64,000 nucleotides of DNA from a virus (taxonomy: Duplodnaviria > Caudoviricetes): positions 7,649 to 71,648 of IMG/VR virus record IMGVR_UViG_3300033416_000001; one strand, written 5' to 3'. Position 1 is the first letter of the stretch; each line of letters starts with the position of its first letter. Below the pieces are notes generated by a model. The model was given only the letters and a program-made list of their open reading frames with translations. It did not search any database and was not told the DNA's origin. Of the stretch, positions 33,901 through 44,034 are shown piece after piece. The position numbers were made by a program, and so were the translations under genes.

Positions 33901-34468
33901 GGTTAATACCTGGTATGCCAACGCCTTGCGCGAGGCCGCCAAGAAAGCCTGGGCCGCGTTTTGGGAGCAATATCGCGAAGAGGAGGCGGCAGGGCCAACG
34001 CCGGCGCCAGGGCCAACTACTACTACTCCGACCGGGCGCGGCGCGGGCGGAGAGCCGACAACTGGCGAGCCTGTCATCCCGGCCACGCCCACAGCCCCAT
34101 CGCACTATCACTTGACCGCCTGGGAACACTATGGTTATACCTACGGGGAATGGCTGAAGCTGCCCTATAACCAGCGCAGATTGCTGTTGGAGGGCTGGGT
34201 GCCGGGCATGGCGACCGGCGGATTGATTGCAACCACGGGAGTCTATCGCCTGGAGGCGGGAGAGAGAGTGGTGCCGTTGCCTAGCGCACACGCCCCGCTT
34301 GGCACGATGGGCGGACAGACAGCCGCGGGTGAGCAGCCGATCCTTATTCGCGTCGAGCAGACCAACTGGCATTTTGACGGATCCATGAGTGAGGCGGACA
34401 AGGAGTGGTATCGGCGAGCGAGTAAGGAATCGGCGTATGAGGCTATTACCGAGGCATTTAAGAAATGA
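30986..34468 (+). CDS. tape measure protein (TP901-type core)
   Basis: 1160 aa; VAVLNFQSAKTFATVEDLG.AFKYVGPIAAEMG, ISGSMAG; long coiled coil; C-term MATGG...RLEAGERVVP. Confidence 0.92.
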   Translation: MASYTTKYIFQFDVQGQEAVRKAQQMASAINDAINKATTPKTTTATGGGASKQITAEVERTKTAFDDFAETMQQLEIRYFGLRRLSYGLQSTGRDLTQAGLMTIRAMTSMAQSYLTFNEASTRTAIAMELPVKMQDELEESTMRLSETAGSFSATELMQALRVWAMGTGATIETTQELNDTLAQTVEISRMAAMNDVDLAAATDYVGGVMNQFQTGVSGVNDIVAVLNFQSAKTFATVEDLGTAFKYVGPIAAEMGTTYQELAVVFGDLARAQISGSMAGRGVRQMYIRLNQDIPKVTEAMNELLQVNTATGESWRDIIFPGGKFIGLYDYLDIIAAATENMNDAEKEQYLAVLATANELPALLRMVEMTTLARKKGISYYRAGWKEQQGIMDEEVMAYAELREEIDKMPYSIQNAVTLWNQSTATWLASDSANMINLQNAWDNALTKIGKVVLQEGMGTVEQFTDGVKDLADFVEKNPWVARLTLDLALLEVGFGTATTAAGKLLQMLTNVLIMSQILPKVLPLLGSALAALAGPAVVAGVAAAWGTLIYIIVNGSKNIEAALKEEAKQYGSREEYVRQRYEEAKATGALGAAYYDENGILQQNVMTLEEFEQSLHDGGDEVYKMLRAQESLRDAMKFSNMTLEESIALIKEMATAEEMLPSRRREILTGTVAPPAIIEPYVRPSLGGMAPVDFEEYVDKWQPLIDRLLQYQERAKDAERDFQQSMKDMARDFQYQLDEYDLDRARSRLDIYEDYDTQVADAARDLDKQLAKLHADYLLDEERSTEDHDKRMADMRAEYLLNEVRAHEDHVENLREFAAKADARGMLNELREYKKEKTRRNEDYTKQVKDEEDSYALQQKRRKEDYDLRVQEIRDSNAERLAEARKGMEERLLQFDEETARQRQQMIDRYRRQAALAREEHDREMAELKKEADEELEEMLRALTLPEEDLRRIFLSRMVKLQEYLGIEIDMVNTWYANALREAAKKAWAAFWEQYREEEAAGPTPAPGPTTTTPTGRGAGGEPTTGEPVIPATPTAPSHYHLTAWEHYGYTYGEWLKLPYNQRRLLLEGWVPGMATGGLIATTGVYRLEAGERVVPLPSAHAPLGTMGGQTAAGEQPILIRVEQTNWHFDGSMSEADKEWYRRASKESAYEAITEAFKK

Positions 34469-34884
34469 CAATACCCACCTACGAATTTGCCCTTTGCCTA
34501 GATGATGGCGTGAACGATGAGAGCGATGTGGTGAACGTAGAGGACATCACCCTGTTCGGCGTTCCGCCTCAACCTTGGACATGGTCCTGGGGCCAAGATC
34601 GTTACATCGCGGGAAATGGCAAGGTCTATTACGATGGGTTTCCCCAGGCGACCTGGACATTCAAATACCTGACTTCTGCCGCCTGGTCGAACTTGATGGC
34701 GCTATTTGATGCCTCGGGGCCGCAGAGCGTGAATGTATTTCTGCGCACCAAACGTGATGACGGCCTTTATGCAACCCAGGCAGCGATCATGCACCGTCCA
34801 GAAATAGGGGCTGACGCAAGGAGAGGCGTCGGAGGGTTCTTCGATGTCATCCTGAGGTTTGTTATTCTTTCGGCGGGAGTATAG
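34465..34884 (+). CDS. putative distal tail protein
   Basis: 139 aa right after the tape measure gene; beta-rich. Confidence 0.55.
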   Translation: MTIPTYEFALCLDDGVNDESDVVNVEDITLFGVPPQPWTWSWGQDRYIAGNGKVYYDGFPQATWTFKYLTSAAWSNLMALFDASGPQSVNVFLRTKRDDGLYATQAAIMHRPEIGADARRGVGGFFDVILRFVILSAGV

Positions 34885-34885
34885 G

Positions 34886-37588
34886 ATGGTAGTTCTTAGC
34901 CCGGCACAACTAGCTGCGCTACGATCTCATCCGCAGTGGCTGCAGTTCTATATGGTTGTGCACACTCCAAATCGCATAGGGCAATTCACGCTGGCAATGA
35001 GCACGGATCCTGACGAGACCCGCGGGGCGGTTGTACTAGCGTTCGACGCTATTGACTGGGACGCGAAACCATGGAACTCGGCCCTAAACTTTTCGGTGGA
35101 TGACCTGCGCGCAGGCATGACAGTGGTGGCGTCGACAGGCGAGAGAGCCCGGCTGAAATCCTGGTACGAGTCCCCCGAGGGATCGGGCATCGGTGTTCTT
35201 CGCGTTCCTCCCAACGACATTCCCTGGGTTGATGGCATGGTTGTCGAGGTATACGACGTCCATGAGCCCTGGAGCATATTCCCGCGGATAGAGGTGACCG
35301 AGGAGGAAGAAGATACACCCCTGTTGTACATCTATCAGGATTACGACGTGGGGTACACGACACAGGCAAACGTGTGCCGCCCCGTAGTTATCATGGGCGG
35401 TCCAGTCGTTGTGATTCAGCACCAAGCAGATCCTGTCTACGTCGACTTTGATGGGCGCGGCTCTTATGGCCTCGACATGGCTACGATTGCATCTTACTCA
35501 TGGAAGTTTCAAGGAGCTATCCCAGACACTTCAACTGTCGCCAACCCGACCGGCATTTGTTGGACGGCCCCCGGAACCTACACGGCAGAACTTACAGTTA
35601 CGGACACGAATGGCATATCGTCGACCGGGTACCGGCCTGTGATTATATGCGACGAGACAATGTTGCAGACCAAGTTCGAGCTCAGTGGGCTTGAAGGATC
35701 CTATAATGAGGGAACCTGGAAGGCGACAGTAGCACTCCGGTGCGCGCAAGATGGAACCTATCCCGAAGCGGTTCATGACAATGCAGAGGTTATCATATTT
35801 GCTATCGGCAAGGCTGGAGACGGAACGACGCTGCCGATTCCCGGCAACAATACGGATCGCCCCAACTTACTTTTCGTTGGCTGGGTCGATGGCGAGACGA
35901 TTACCAAGGATCCGTTTGCGGATCAGATTACATTCGACGTGTTGGGCACCTGTGGCAAGATGGCAAAGATGCAAGAGTATGCCGACACCTGGCAGGTACC
36001 AGAGCTTACTCCCGGCCCAACGAAGTGGTATGAGATGTCCAATCCGAATATCGACATACTCATGCTGGCCCACCTGCGTTGGCGCAGCACCATTCTGGAT
36101 ATCGTCGACGTGCACTGGATGAACCTCACCAGTCAGAAGAACAAGATGCGCCATGACTTTGCAGAGGGGACTCTGCTAGAGCAGTGCCAGAGCCTTATGA
36201 ATATGGTGCTCGGTCGGATTGGATCAGACAAGACTGGCGCAATATGGATGCGCATAGAGCCCTTCGTCCTCCCATCATACAACAACTGGCGCGAGAACAT
36301 CGACACGGTATTAACCCTGGCAGATACAGACTGGCAAGGGCCAATCGAGATAAAACGTACTGCGGGCAATGCTTGCTCCGGAGTGGATCTCGGGGGGGTG
36401 TGGTTTGATGGTCTTGGGAACGACCCCGAAGTGAATGCTCACCCGGTTTTCGCGCTGGCCCCTGGCGATCCTATGGGCAACAGGTCTCGCCCCCTATACG
36501 GCGGGCCCGTCGAACAAGTTGATGGGCTGGTGCTTGAGGGCCCCGGCGCAGGGCAGGCTTGCCAAGTCTGCGGCGACATCTTTGCTTGGCGAAACAACGA
36601 GTACCCCGAAATCACTCTCAAAATGGCTGGCGCGTGGACTTGTTTGGACCTCTTCCCGATGGAATGGATTGCGTGGACTATCGCCGAGGACTGGACCCGC
36701 AGAGGCATTTCCTGGACTAATGCGCGTTTCTTGATTCGCAACATGCAGATCGACTGCGACAACGCGACGGGCACAGCAGTAGTCACCATCACGTTGGAAA
36801 AGGAGACGGATGGCAGCGATGCCGTACAGATAATCTACCCGTGGGAGCCCGAAGTCACGGTCGGCACCTACGTAGACCTCGACTCCGCAAACGAGGCATA
36901 CATTACTGTCGCGGCCAACGCGAGCATCGACGATTTGCCCATAGGCAAAGCCTTTACGATAGAGGGCTGGATACGTGTTACGGGAGTTGATCCAGAGGTA
37001 GATTTCTGGCAGACGATTGTGGACAAGTCCTTCTGGACGGCGGGGTCTCCTCCAACGAGTGGAGGGCCGCAGCTCTCGATACAGTATGGTGGGTATGGGG
37101 GGTATTACTTCTACTTTGAAGCGACGGTAGGATGCTACCCAACTGCAGCACTTACAGAGTTCCCGATCGATTGGGATCAACAGCAATGGTTCCATTTCGC
37201 GATGGTCTACGATGACACTACGGATCGCAAGGTTCACGTTGCGATCAATGGTCAATGGAAGGATCCGCCCGCGGGTGGATGGGTAGATCAGGCCGCCTCG
37301 GGAACCGTTTCTAGCGATGCGGCTTGCCCGCTGCGGTTTGGAGTTTCCAGGAGTCTCGCCGATGGGTTCCTCAAGGGCGGGATACAATGGCTGCGTATCT
37401 CGAATACCAATCGGTATACGTATGGCATTGGGTTTATCACTCCCGACATGGAAGAGGCGCCCAGTGTAGACGAATACACAGTTGAACTTTGGGCCATGGA
37501 TGAGGGCAGTGGAACCGTGATAGCCGCCTCGATGCACCCGGAGGAGAACATCGGCACTCTCGTAGAGTGTACCTGGGGTCAGGAGTAA
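34886..37588 (+). CDS. tail hub / tip protein with PKD and LamG domains
   Basis: ATG 34886; PKD FDGRGS...SYSWKF...PGTYTAELTVTD; LamG FTIEGWI, WFHFAMVYD, ELWAMDEGSG. Confidence 0.8.
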   Translation: MVVLSPAQLAALRSHPQWLQFYMVVHTPNRIGQFTLAMSTDPDETRGAVVLAFDAIDWDAKPWNSALNFSVDDLRAGMTVVASTGERARLKSWYESPEGSGIGVLRVPPNDIPWVDGMVVEVYDVHEPWSIFPRIEVTEEEEDTPLLYIYQDYDVGYTTQANVCRPVVIMGGPVVVIQHQADPVYVDFDGRGSYGLDMATIASYSWKFQGAIPDTSTVANPTGICWTAPGTYTAELTVTDTNGISSTGYRPVIICDETMLQTKFELSGLEGSYNEGTWKATVALRCAQDGTYPEAVHDNAEVIIFAIGKAGDGTTLPIPGNNTDRPNLLFVGWVDGETITKDPFADQITFDVLGTCGKMAKMQEYADTWQVPELTPGPTKWYEMSNPNIDILMLAHLRWRSTILDIVDVHWMNLTSQKNKMRHDFAEGTLLEQCQSLMNMVLGRIGSDKTGAIWMRIEPFVLPSYNNWRENIDTVLTLADTDWQGPIEIKRTAGNACSGVDLGGVWFDGLGNDPEVNAHPVFALAPGDPMGNRSRPLYGGPVEQVDGLVLEGPGAGQACQVCGDIFAWRNNEYPEITLKMAGAWTCLDLFPMEWIAWTIAEDWTRRGISWTNARFLIRNMQIDCDNATGTAVVTITLEKETDGSDAVQIIYPWEPEVTVGTYVDLDSANEAYITVAANASIDDLPIGKAFTIEGWIRVTGVDPEVDFWQTIVDKSFWTAGSPPTSGGPQLSIQYGGYGGYYFYFEATVGCYPTAALTEFPIDWDQQQWFHFAMVYDDTTDRKVHVAINGQWKDPPAGGWVDQAASGTVSSDAACPLRFGVSRSLADGFLKGGIQWLRISNTNRYTYGIGFITPDMEEAPSVDEYTVELWAMDEGSGTVIAASMHPEENIGTLVECTWGQE

Positions 37589-37590
37589 CC

Positions 37591-38223
37591 ATGGCGCTGC
37601 GCACCTGGGAAGATCGCGCGAAGGAAACAGTAGCAAGGAAGCTTGCGAGCTACGAGCCGAAGGTTGTGTACACCCGGGCGCTCGTAGGGGATGGGGCCGG
37701 CCATCTGGAAGTTCCAAACTGGCCGGGATACTACTGGGTGCGCCTGCACGGAGACCAGGATCGGCTAGTCATGGCCGAGGGTAGCTACTCTCCCGCTTAT
37801 GACACCTACGTTACGGTGATGATCGATGAACACGACATCCACCAGTACCGCATTTGTAACGCCGGAGCATATAGCACAGGGGGAACCGGTGGCGGGACGA
37901 CCGTTATTAGCGGGCCGTATCTCAGAGCGTGCCGCCTGGTGTCATTTGATATTACAGATTATACTGCCACAGTGCTCGTGGGCGAGGTGGAATTAACTGG
38001 GGTTCAAGTTCTCTGGAGCATTCGGCCCGATCTGATGAAAGAGGGCACCTATGCCATGATTACCTTGGCGGACACCGCAACACCTACGTATGTCCTCATC
38101 GGATTGTTCGGCGGAGCTCCGGATACCGATCCGGCCTTTGATCCTGAGGTGGGCCACAAACATCGCGGCATTGGCAATGATGGCCCGCGGATCAACGAAG
38201 GCGACTTGGTAATAGTGGAGTGA
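37591..38223 (+). CDS. minor tail protein
   Basis: ATG 37591; position; C-term H.H.G..NDGP motif seen in tail proteins. Confidence 0.55.
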   Translation: MALRTWEDRAKETVARKLASYEPKVVYTRALVGDGAGHLEVPNWPGYYWVRLHGDQDRLVMAEGSYSPAYDTYVTVMIDEHDIHQYRICNAGAYSTGGTGGGTTVISGPYLRACRLVSFDITDYTATVLVGEVELTGVQVLWSIRPDLMKEGTYAMITLADTATPTYVLIGLFGGAPDTDPAFDPEVGHKHRGIGNDGPRINEGDLVIVE

Positions 38224-41200
38224 TTGGGGAGCGTATGGGCATGAACAAACGGGTAGCAATATTGCTGTCGTGCATGATGCTGCTGTTTAGCGTCCTGGCT
38301 TGCGTGTTGTTTCCTACGCCGGGACCGTTTCTCCTGCAGACAACCGACAACTTCTACGCGACCACGGACGGCGGAGAAGTCTACGGGCAGTCGGCCTCCT
38401 ACGAGTCTGCGCGGGCCGGATCCGACGGAACGTACACGACCACGACGACTATGGCCATCGGCCAAACGCCCGAGTTTGGGATAAAAGCCGCCTACATAGA
38501 GTTCGATACCTCCACGATACCCGACGATGCTACCGTCACGGGTGTTACACTACGAGTTCTTGCGGCAACCAACATGAGCTACGTAGACTTCGACATCCAG
38601 GTATATCGATTTGCCTGGGCCGAGCCGTTCGATGACAACACAGAGGCAAACTACGATGGTAGGTATGGCGGATCTTCTACCCTTGAGGGCACGCTGGTAA
38701 ACTCTAGTAGCTGGATATCGGGAACGGCCTACACGATGGCCGTTGCCCCGGGCGGAGTGAATCTCACTGGCAGTACCAAATACGTCTTGGTCAGCAAGGA
38801 AGACGTCAACGCGAGCGTGCCAACGAACTATGAGCTAGTTTGGATCTTCTCGTCGCACTTTGACGGCACCGCAAATGACCCGAAGCTGATAGTGGAGTAC
38901 CTTACTAGCGAGCCGACGGATACGCCCACGGATACCTCTACGCCGACGGACACGCCCACGCTGACGCCGACACCCGTCTGGTCCGCCGGCGATGACACGT
39001 ACATCGATGCTTACAACCCCGATACGAATTATGAGGCCGCATCCTATTCGTGGTTGTCCAGCCATGAGCGCATACTCATTAAGCCTGACCTGTCTGCCAT
39101 ACCGGTTGAAGCGACCATCAACTCCGCAACGCTATCCTACTATGTGAAGTCGGTTACTTCTGCGGAAGCTATCGTCGCTAGCATATACGCAGTATCCCAG
39201 ACCGTGGTGTACGATGAGGCGAACTGGTACGTAGCATCGCTGACGAGCTCTTGGGGAACTGCTGGATGCTCGAACACCGTTACGGATCACAACCCAAATG
39301 CAGCAGCGACGCTTACCATGGATGCCGTCGACGAGTGGTTTACAACCACAGTGACGTCGCTGGTACAGGACTGGGTAAACGGTGACTACGCTAACAACGG
39401 CGTGTTGCTAGAGCGAACAAGCGGAACGCAGACCTTCGGGTTGGCTTCCTACGAAGATGCCTCCTATGTGCCCCGATGGATTATAGACTGGACGGCGCCA
39501 ACACCGACGCCGACCGCCACCGGCCCTACGCCAACCAATACGCCGACGGACACGCCAACGCCGACTGCAACTGGCGGCCCCACTCCGACGCCGCAGGAAT
39601 GGTCGGGATCTCTACCGCCGGTCATCTGGCCGCAGAGCATTCACAAGAACCTGAACTGCTATGGCGAAGACGCGACCAACATCTGGTGCAACCCGAGTAC
39701 CGGCGCCTTTGGTACGTTGCACCACTTCAACACAACGTGGAGTATGCTGGACGTTGGCACTGCGGCGGTGCCGGCGTGGAACTGGGATATTATCTGGAAT
39801 ATCGTCAATGAGGCGAAAACACTAACGACGACGTTGGACAGTGGAGAGGTCATTCAGCGGCCAGTTGCCATCGGTATAATGCTGACCCAGTCTTGCGTTC
39901 CTACGGATCGCTATTCCGAATGCCTTGCTGATCCGTATGCTGCCGCTGCTGACTTCACGCCGCAGTATGTGAAGGATTTGCTACATACTCAATACGGCGC
40001 CGACAGCGATTCCTACACGCCAACCGGGTGTCCGGAAACGGCATACTTCCCGTGGTTTGCGAAGACCACGTGGCGGACATACTACACCCGATTCGTAAAC
40101 GCCCTGGGTGCCGAGTTCGACAATAACCCTGATGCAGACAATCTCTATTTCTTCCTCCCGTGCATCGGGGGGTCTTGCGAGAGCTACTCGTATTACAAGA
40201 ACTGCTTCCCGGAGTCCTGTTCTCGGCCATATAGCAACGGTCAGTTGCCGGAGGGCTATATACAGTACCAGCTCAACACCTGGAACGCAGCTTTCCCCCA
40301 CAAGATGCAGCTCTTCGAGATTACGCAGGCGAGCACATACATCGCGGCGAACCTCGCGCGAACCTATGTAGCGAAGACGACCGGTGTGAAGTGTAACGGG
40401 GCCGGCTTGCCGTCGATGTGGGAAGACGAGATACGGATGGATGGTTACTGGTGCAACGGAGCTACGGGCTTCTCGATGGGCCAGACGTCCACGGATCTTA
40501 CACCAGCCTATCTTGTTATCCCAACGGGAGCGGAGCTGGGCACGGGAGCGTCAGGGCCGGATCAGACTTACTGGATGCTTATGCACTGGTTGGCCGATCA
40601 CATGCACATGGTCGACCTCCAGGACAAGTATCTGGAGTACGCACTAAGTTTCCAAGACATGTCTGACTTTCCGCTCTTGAGGTTCGTCCGCGAGCATCTC
40701 GGGAAACGCACAGACAATGCGCCGTCGGCATTCTGGGTCGGATTCGAGAGCTTAACGCCGCCAAGCCCTGACGGCTACTGGTCCGGGCACGAATGGCGGA
40801 TTCAAGGGCACCGAGGATCCTGGCAGACCTTTAGTCAGCACAACTTGGAATACTATCTCTACGAGATGCGCAACGGCGCGTGGGGCTCGCAAACCAGAAC
40901 GATATCTCTGCAGTCGGAGCTCGACGATTACATCTATCCACTAGCTGGTCAACCCTATACCACGAACTGGTCGGACTTCAATGCTGGCGGAAACCGAGTT
41001 ACGCAGCAAGGGTCCGGACAGTACCGGTTCCTGTTCAATCTGGATGATGCTTTCAACGGCACGACTGATCTTCCTATCGACTGGGGCGGGCCACGGTCGT
41101 GGAGGATAACTGTAACCTTAGCCGACTCCGGCACAGACACGTGGTCGTTTAGGTACTATGACCCGTCTAACACGTTGAACATTGTCACTTTTCAGAAGTA

Positions 41201-42950
41201 CAACACGAAGACCTGGACAGACGTGACCTTTGTTCTTGGTAAGGCATACTTCGATGTAGACACAACCGGAGAGACCGCCTTGCAGGGTGCGGACTTTGAG
41301 ATCAACTGCAACAACGATGGCAACGAATTGATACACCGGGTTGTAGTAGAGCCGCTGGGGGAAGAGGTCGGATACACACCAACACCGACGCGGACTGCGA
41401 CCGCAACCAGAACGCGCACTGCGACGCCAACCGGTTCGGCGACGCCAACGAATACGCCGCAATATACCGCGACGAGGACTCCGACGCCTACGAATACCGC
41501 CACGTCGACGGTAACGCCTACTCCGACGCAGACAGCAGTGCCCGTTGGCGACCTATTCTATGCCTCAGACGTTGGGGGCCGAATCCAAGGGCAAAATTCG
41601 GTATACGAAACGGCCCGAAGTACCTCTAGCACCTGTTCGACGGCGCAGAGCACCTTTGGCGTTGGGCAAGAGTACCCCGGGGCTCTTGCATACCAGATAC
41701 GTCGTGGATACTTGGATTTCGACACGAGTACGCTGCCGGACGACTTGGACGTGCTTAGCGCAGTCATCAGTGTGTGCGTAAGCGTCGACTCAAGCGCCAA
41801 CGACTTCAACGTGTTGTTGTATGAGTATGACTGGGTCGCCCCCCTGTGCGATAACCGCGAAGCCAACTACGATGGCGCCTATGGCGGCAGTGCGACACTA
41901 GAGGGGACGATCTTCAATACGTCCATAGCGGCGCCGAACACCTGCTACACGCGCACCGTAAGCACGTCGGCAATAAACAAGACAGGGGTCACGCGCTATA
42001 CCGTCATATCTTGGAACGACGTCATCGCTTCCACGCCATCAAGCGAACTTACAGAGGCGATACTTTTCTATGCCCATCACGCTACCGTAGATCAGGGATA
42101 CTGGCCGGCGCTCTTAATCAACTATGGCAGTGCGCCGCCGACGCCGACGGCTACGACATCGCCAACACCAACTAACACGCCGACGGTAACGGCTACTCCG
42201 ACTGCCACTCGCACACCGACGAAGACGCCTACCTTAACACCCGTTGGCTATGTCACGCCAACAAGGACTCGGACACCAACACCGGCGGTGACTGCAACTC
42301 CGGGCTGCCCAGGAGCCTCGCATGTAGTGGAGGGCGAGTTCTGGGGTCCGGGAGTGATATCGCTGAACTGTCCGCTGCAAGTCGAGGATGGCGTTACTCT
42401 CACGCTGCGCGCGGGAACTGAGATTCGCTTCCTAGGCAACTACGTAGCAGATATCCGTGGCAACCTAGACTGCCTTGGTACAGTTACATCTCCGGTAACG
42501 TTTACACATTCATCGGCAACGGTTGCCGAGAGTTGGGGCTTCCTTCGCTTGTGGGGTCACCACAGTAACTGGACCTATACCGTAGTCAAGTATGGCACTG
42601 GCGTAAATGACCTTGGCGGCAGCACATTCGATCACTGTACGTTCGACACAAATGGCTATGGCCTTGCGACCGCAAGCTCATCCGATATGTCCAGCAGCAC
42701 TCTGAACAACAACACTATCAACTTGCTGGTCTATGCCGAGTGTGCCCCCGACATTGACAGTATCAACCTTGTGCCAACATCTAACACCATGTGGAATGCC
42801 TACATCGATCAACGGCTAGATGCCTCGGTAACGAACTCTTGGTGGGGGGCGTCTCCACCGGACGACGAGCTCATTTGGGACGAGACCGATATGGGCACCT
42901 ATGGATTGCTCAACTACTACGGGTACACCGCATCCTTGATCGTTTGGTAA
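38220..42950 (+). CDS. giant multidomain protein: signal peptide, DNRLRE-like domains, Thr-Pro linkers, GH-A-like TIM barrel, beta-helix
   Basis: [20 protein letters not shown]; [13 protein letters not shown]...[14 protein letters not shown]; TWSMLD...WNWD...[13 protein letters not shown]; C-term [11 protein letters not shown]...G....P.TFT; true start may be 38234/38240. Confidence 0.75.
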   Translation: MIGERMGMNKRVAILLSCMMLLFSVLACVLFPTPGPFLLQTTDNFYATTDGGEVYGQSASYESARAGSDGTYTTTTTMAIGQTPEFGIKAAYIEFDTSTIPDDATVTGVTLRVLAATNMSYVDFDIQVYRFAWAEPFDDNTEANYDGRYGGSSTLEGTLVNSSSWISGTAYTMAVAPGGVNLTGSTKYVLVSKEDVNASVPTNYELVWIFSSHFDGTANDPKLIVEYLTSEPTDTPTDTSTPTDTPTLTPTPVWSAGDDTYIDAYNPDTNYEAASYSWLSSHERILIKPDLSAIPVEATINSATLSYYVKSVTSAEAIVASIYAVSQTVVYDEANWYVASLTSSWGTAGCSNTVTDHNPNAAATLTMDAVDEWFTTTVTSLVQDWVNGDYANNGVLLERTSGTQTFGLASYEDASYVPRWIIDWTAPTPTPTATGPTPTNTPTDTPTPTATGGPTPTPQEWSGSLPPVIWPQSIHKNLNCYGEDATNIWCNPSTGAFGTLHHFNTTWSMLDVGTAAVPAWNWDIIWNIVNEAKTLTTTLDSGEVIQRPVAIGIMLTQSCVPTDRYSECLADPYAAAADFTPQYVKDLLHTQYGADSDSYTPTGCPETAYFPWFAKTTWRTYYTRFVNALGAEFDNNPDADNLYFFLPCIGGSCESYSYYKNCFPESCSRPYSNGQLPEGYIQYQLNTWNAAFPHKMQLFEITQASTYIAANLARTYVAKTTGVKCNGAGLPSMWEDEIRMDGYWCNGATGFSMGQTSTDLTPAYLVIPTGAELGTGASGPDQTYWMLMHWLADHMHMVDLQDKYLEYALSFQDMSDFPLLRFVREHLGKRTDNAPSAFWVGFESLTPPSPDGYWSGHEWRIQGHRGSWQTFSQHNLEYYLYEMRNGAWGSQTRTISLQSELDDYIYPLAGQPYTTNWSDFNAGGNRVTQQGSGQYRFLFNLDDAFNGTTDLPIDWGGPRSWRITVTLADSGTDTWSFRYYDPSNTLNIVTFQKYNTKTWTDVTFVLGKAYFDVDTTGETALQGADFEINCNNDGNELIHRVVVEPLGEEVGYTPTPTRTATATRTRTATPTGSATPTNTPQYTATRTPTPTNTATSTVTPTPTQTAVPVGDLFYASDVGGRIQGQNSVYETARSTSSTCSTAQSTFGVGQEYPGALAYQIRRGYLDFDTSTLPDDLDVLSAVISVCVSVDSSANDFNVLLYEYDWVAPLCDNREANYDGAYGGSATLEGTIFNTSIAAPNTCYTRTVSTSAINKTGVTRYTVISWNDVIASTPSSELTEAILFYAHHATVDQGYWPALLINYGSAPPTPTATTSPTPTNTPTVTATPTATRTPTKTPTLTPVGYVTPTRTRTPTPAVTATPGCPGASHVVEGEFWGPGVISLNCPLQVEDGVTLTLRAGTEIRFLGNYVADIRGNLDCLGTVTSPVTFTHSSATVAESWGFLRLWGHHSNWTYTVVKYGTGVNDLGGSTFDHCTFDTNGYGLATASSSDMSSSTLNNNTINLLVYAECAPDIDSINLVPTSNTMWNAYIDQRLDASVTNSWWGASPPDDELIWDETDMGTYGLLNYYGYTASLIVW

Positions 42951-42953
42951 TGG

Positions 42954-43022
42954 CGTAGCGCGCAGCACAGTCTGCGTGACTACGGAAGTAACAGGGAAGC
43001 ACCCTGAGTATGGTTTGCATAC
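42954..43022 (+). other. three consecutive intergenic hairpins ahead of an RBS
   Basis: CGTAG/CTACG enclosing CGCAG/CTGCG; CAGGG/CCCTG; GTATG/CATAC; then GAGGAGG. Confidence 0.5.
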
Positions 43023-43036
43023 CTGAGGAGGTACAC

Positions 43037-43630
43037 ATGCAAAGCGAGATTTTGTTGAGAGGGAAGCTCGGAGCGAAGGTCCGTCGCGCTCCTGGTCCGG
43101 GCTTGCTGTGGAGAGTGCGCAATGCACCCCACGTGCTCCCCGGGCTGACACGCCACGCTCTGGCTAAGGCGCTGGGCATGAATCACATGCTCGGCCAACT
43201 GAAGCTGGTGCTGCGGCATGTGGATGGGTCGATGGTCAACTATGGTGTAGTCAGCACCAACCTGGTGACTACGGCCTTCGTCGAATTGATGGTAGATCAA
43301 CTGCAGACCGAGACCAGCGTGTGGGGCGACTTCAAATACCACGACTCTGGTGTCGGCACGACTGATCCGGCCATCACCGATGTTGACATCGAGACCACTG
43401 ATGGCGAGGCTCGCGCCACGGGCAACCAGGGCGAGGGAGCATCGGCCAACATCTACAAGTCAGTGGGCACGATTGCCTACACGACGTCCAAGGCGATCAC
43501 TGAGCACGGCTTGTTCAATGCCTCGACCGGCGTGACGCTGATGGACAGGCACGAGTTCGCCGCGATCAACGTCGTGAATGGTGACAGCATCGAATTTACG
43601 TACCAACTGACCTGCACGGCGGGTGGATGA
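43037..43630 (+). CDS. tail-fibre-associated protein (collar/fibre N-terminal-like)
   Basis: ATG 43037 behind GAGGAGG; LVTTA...G.GTT...ITEHGLFNA..G..L.DR..F..INV..GDSIEFTY.LT. Confidence 0.7.
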   Translation: MQSEILLRGKLGAKVRRAPGPGLLWRVRNAPHVLPGLTRHALAKALGMNHMLGQLKLVLRHVDGSMVNYGVVSTNLVTTAFVELMVDQLQTETSVWGDFKYHDSGVGTTDPAITDVDIETTDGEARATGNQGEGASANIYKSVGTIAYTTSKAITEHGLFNASTGVTLMDRHEFAAINVVNGDSIEFTYQLTCTAGG

Positions 43631-43683
43631 CGCAATACCAGGGCGGCGCAAGTCGCCCTGGCACAACTGATAAGGAGTTCCGG

Positions 43684-44031
43684 ATGGCTGACCTGATAGA
43701 TAGGGTGGCCGGGACAAACGGGGTAGTAGAGGCAGGAAGAAAGCTCAACCTGCACCGTTTCATCGCTGCGGAGAGGTTGTATGCCCTTGGGGAATGGACC
43801 CGGGCGCAGATAGCAACCGAGTTCGACCTGCAAGGCGATGAGATTGTGCAGGCGACACAGCTTGCCGACAAGATTGATGCGCAGACTGGCGCATCAAACA
43901 AGACCCTATATGTCCTGCGGGTCGAAAGCGTCATGATGTGTCTGGAAGACGGGAGTGACCGGCTGTATCACTCGGTGGACGGCTCGGTTAATCGCGCCCA
44001 GGTGATAGAGGACTTACAGATAGCAGGCTGA
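43684..44031 (+). CDS. hypothetical protein
   Basis: ATG 43684 behind AAGGAG. Confidence 0.65.
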   Translation: MADLIDRVAGTNGVVEAGRKLNLHRFIAAERLYALGEWTRAQIATEFDLQGDEIVQATQLADKIDAQTGASNKTLYVLRVESVMMCLEDGSDRLYHSVDGSVNRAQVIEDLQIAG

Positions 44032-44034
44032 TAG

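Noticed and set aside
26620-34468. Contractile tail suggested by the T4-like head
   Set aside because: No sheath, baseplate J/wedge or LysM/gp25-like genes recognisable
36494-37717. 407-aa antisense ORF
   Set aside because: Opposite the tail hub gene; composition typical of a shadow frame
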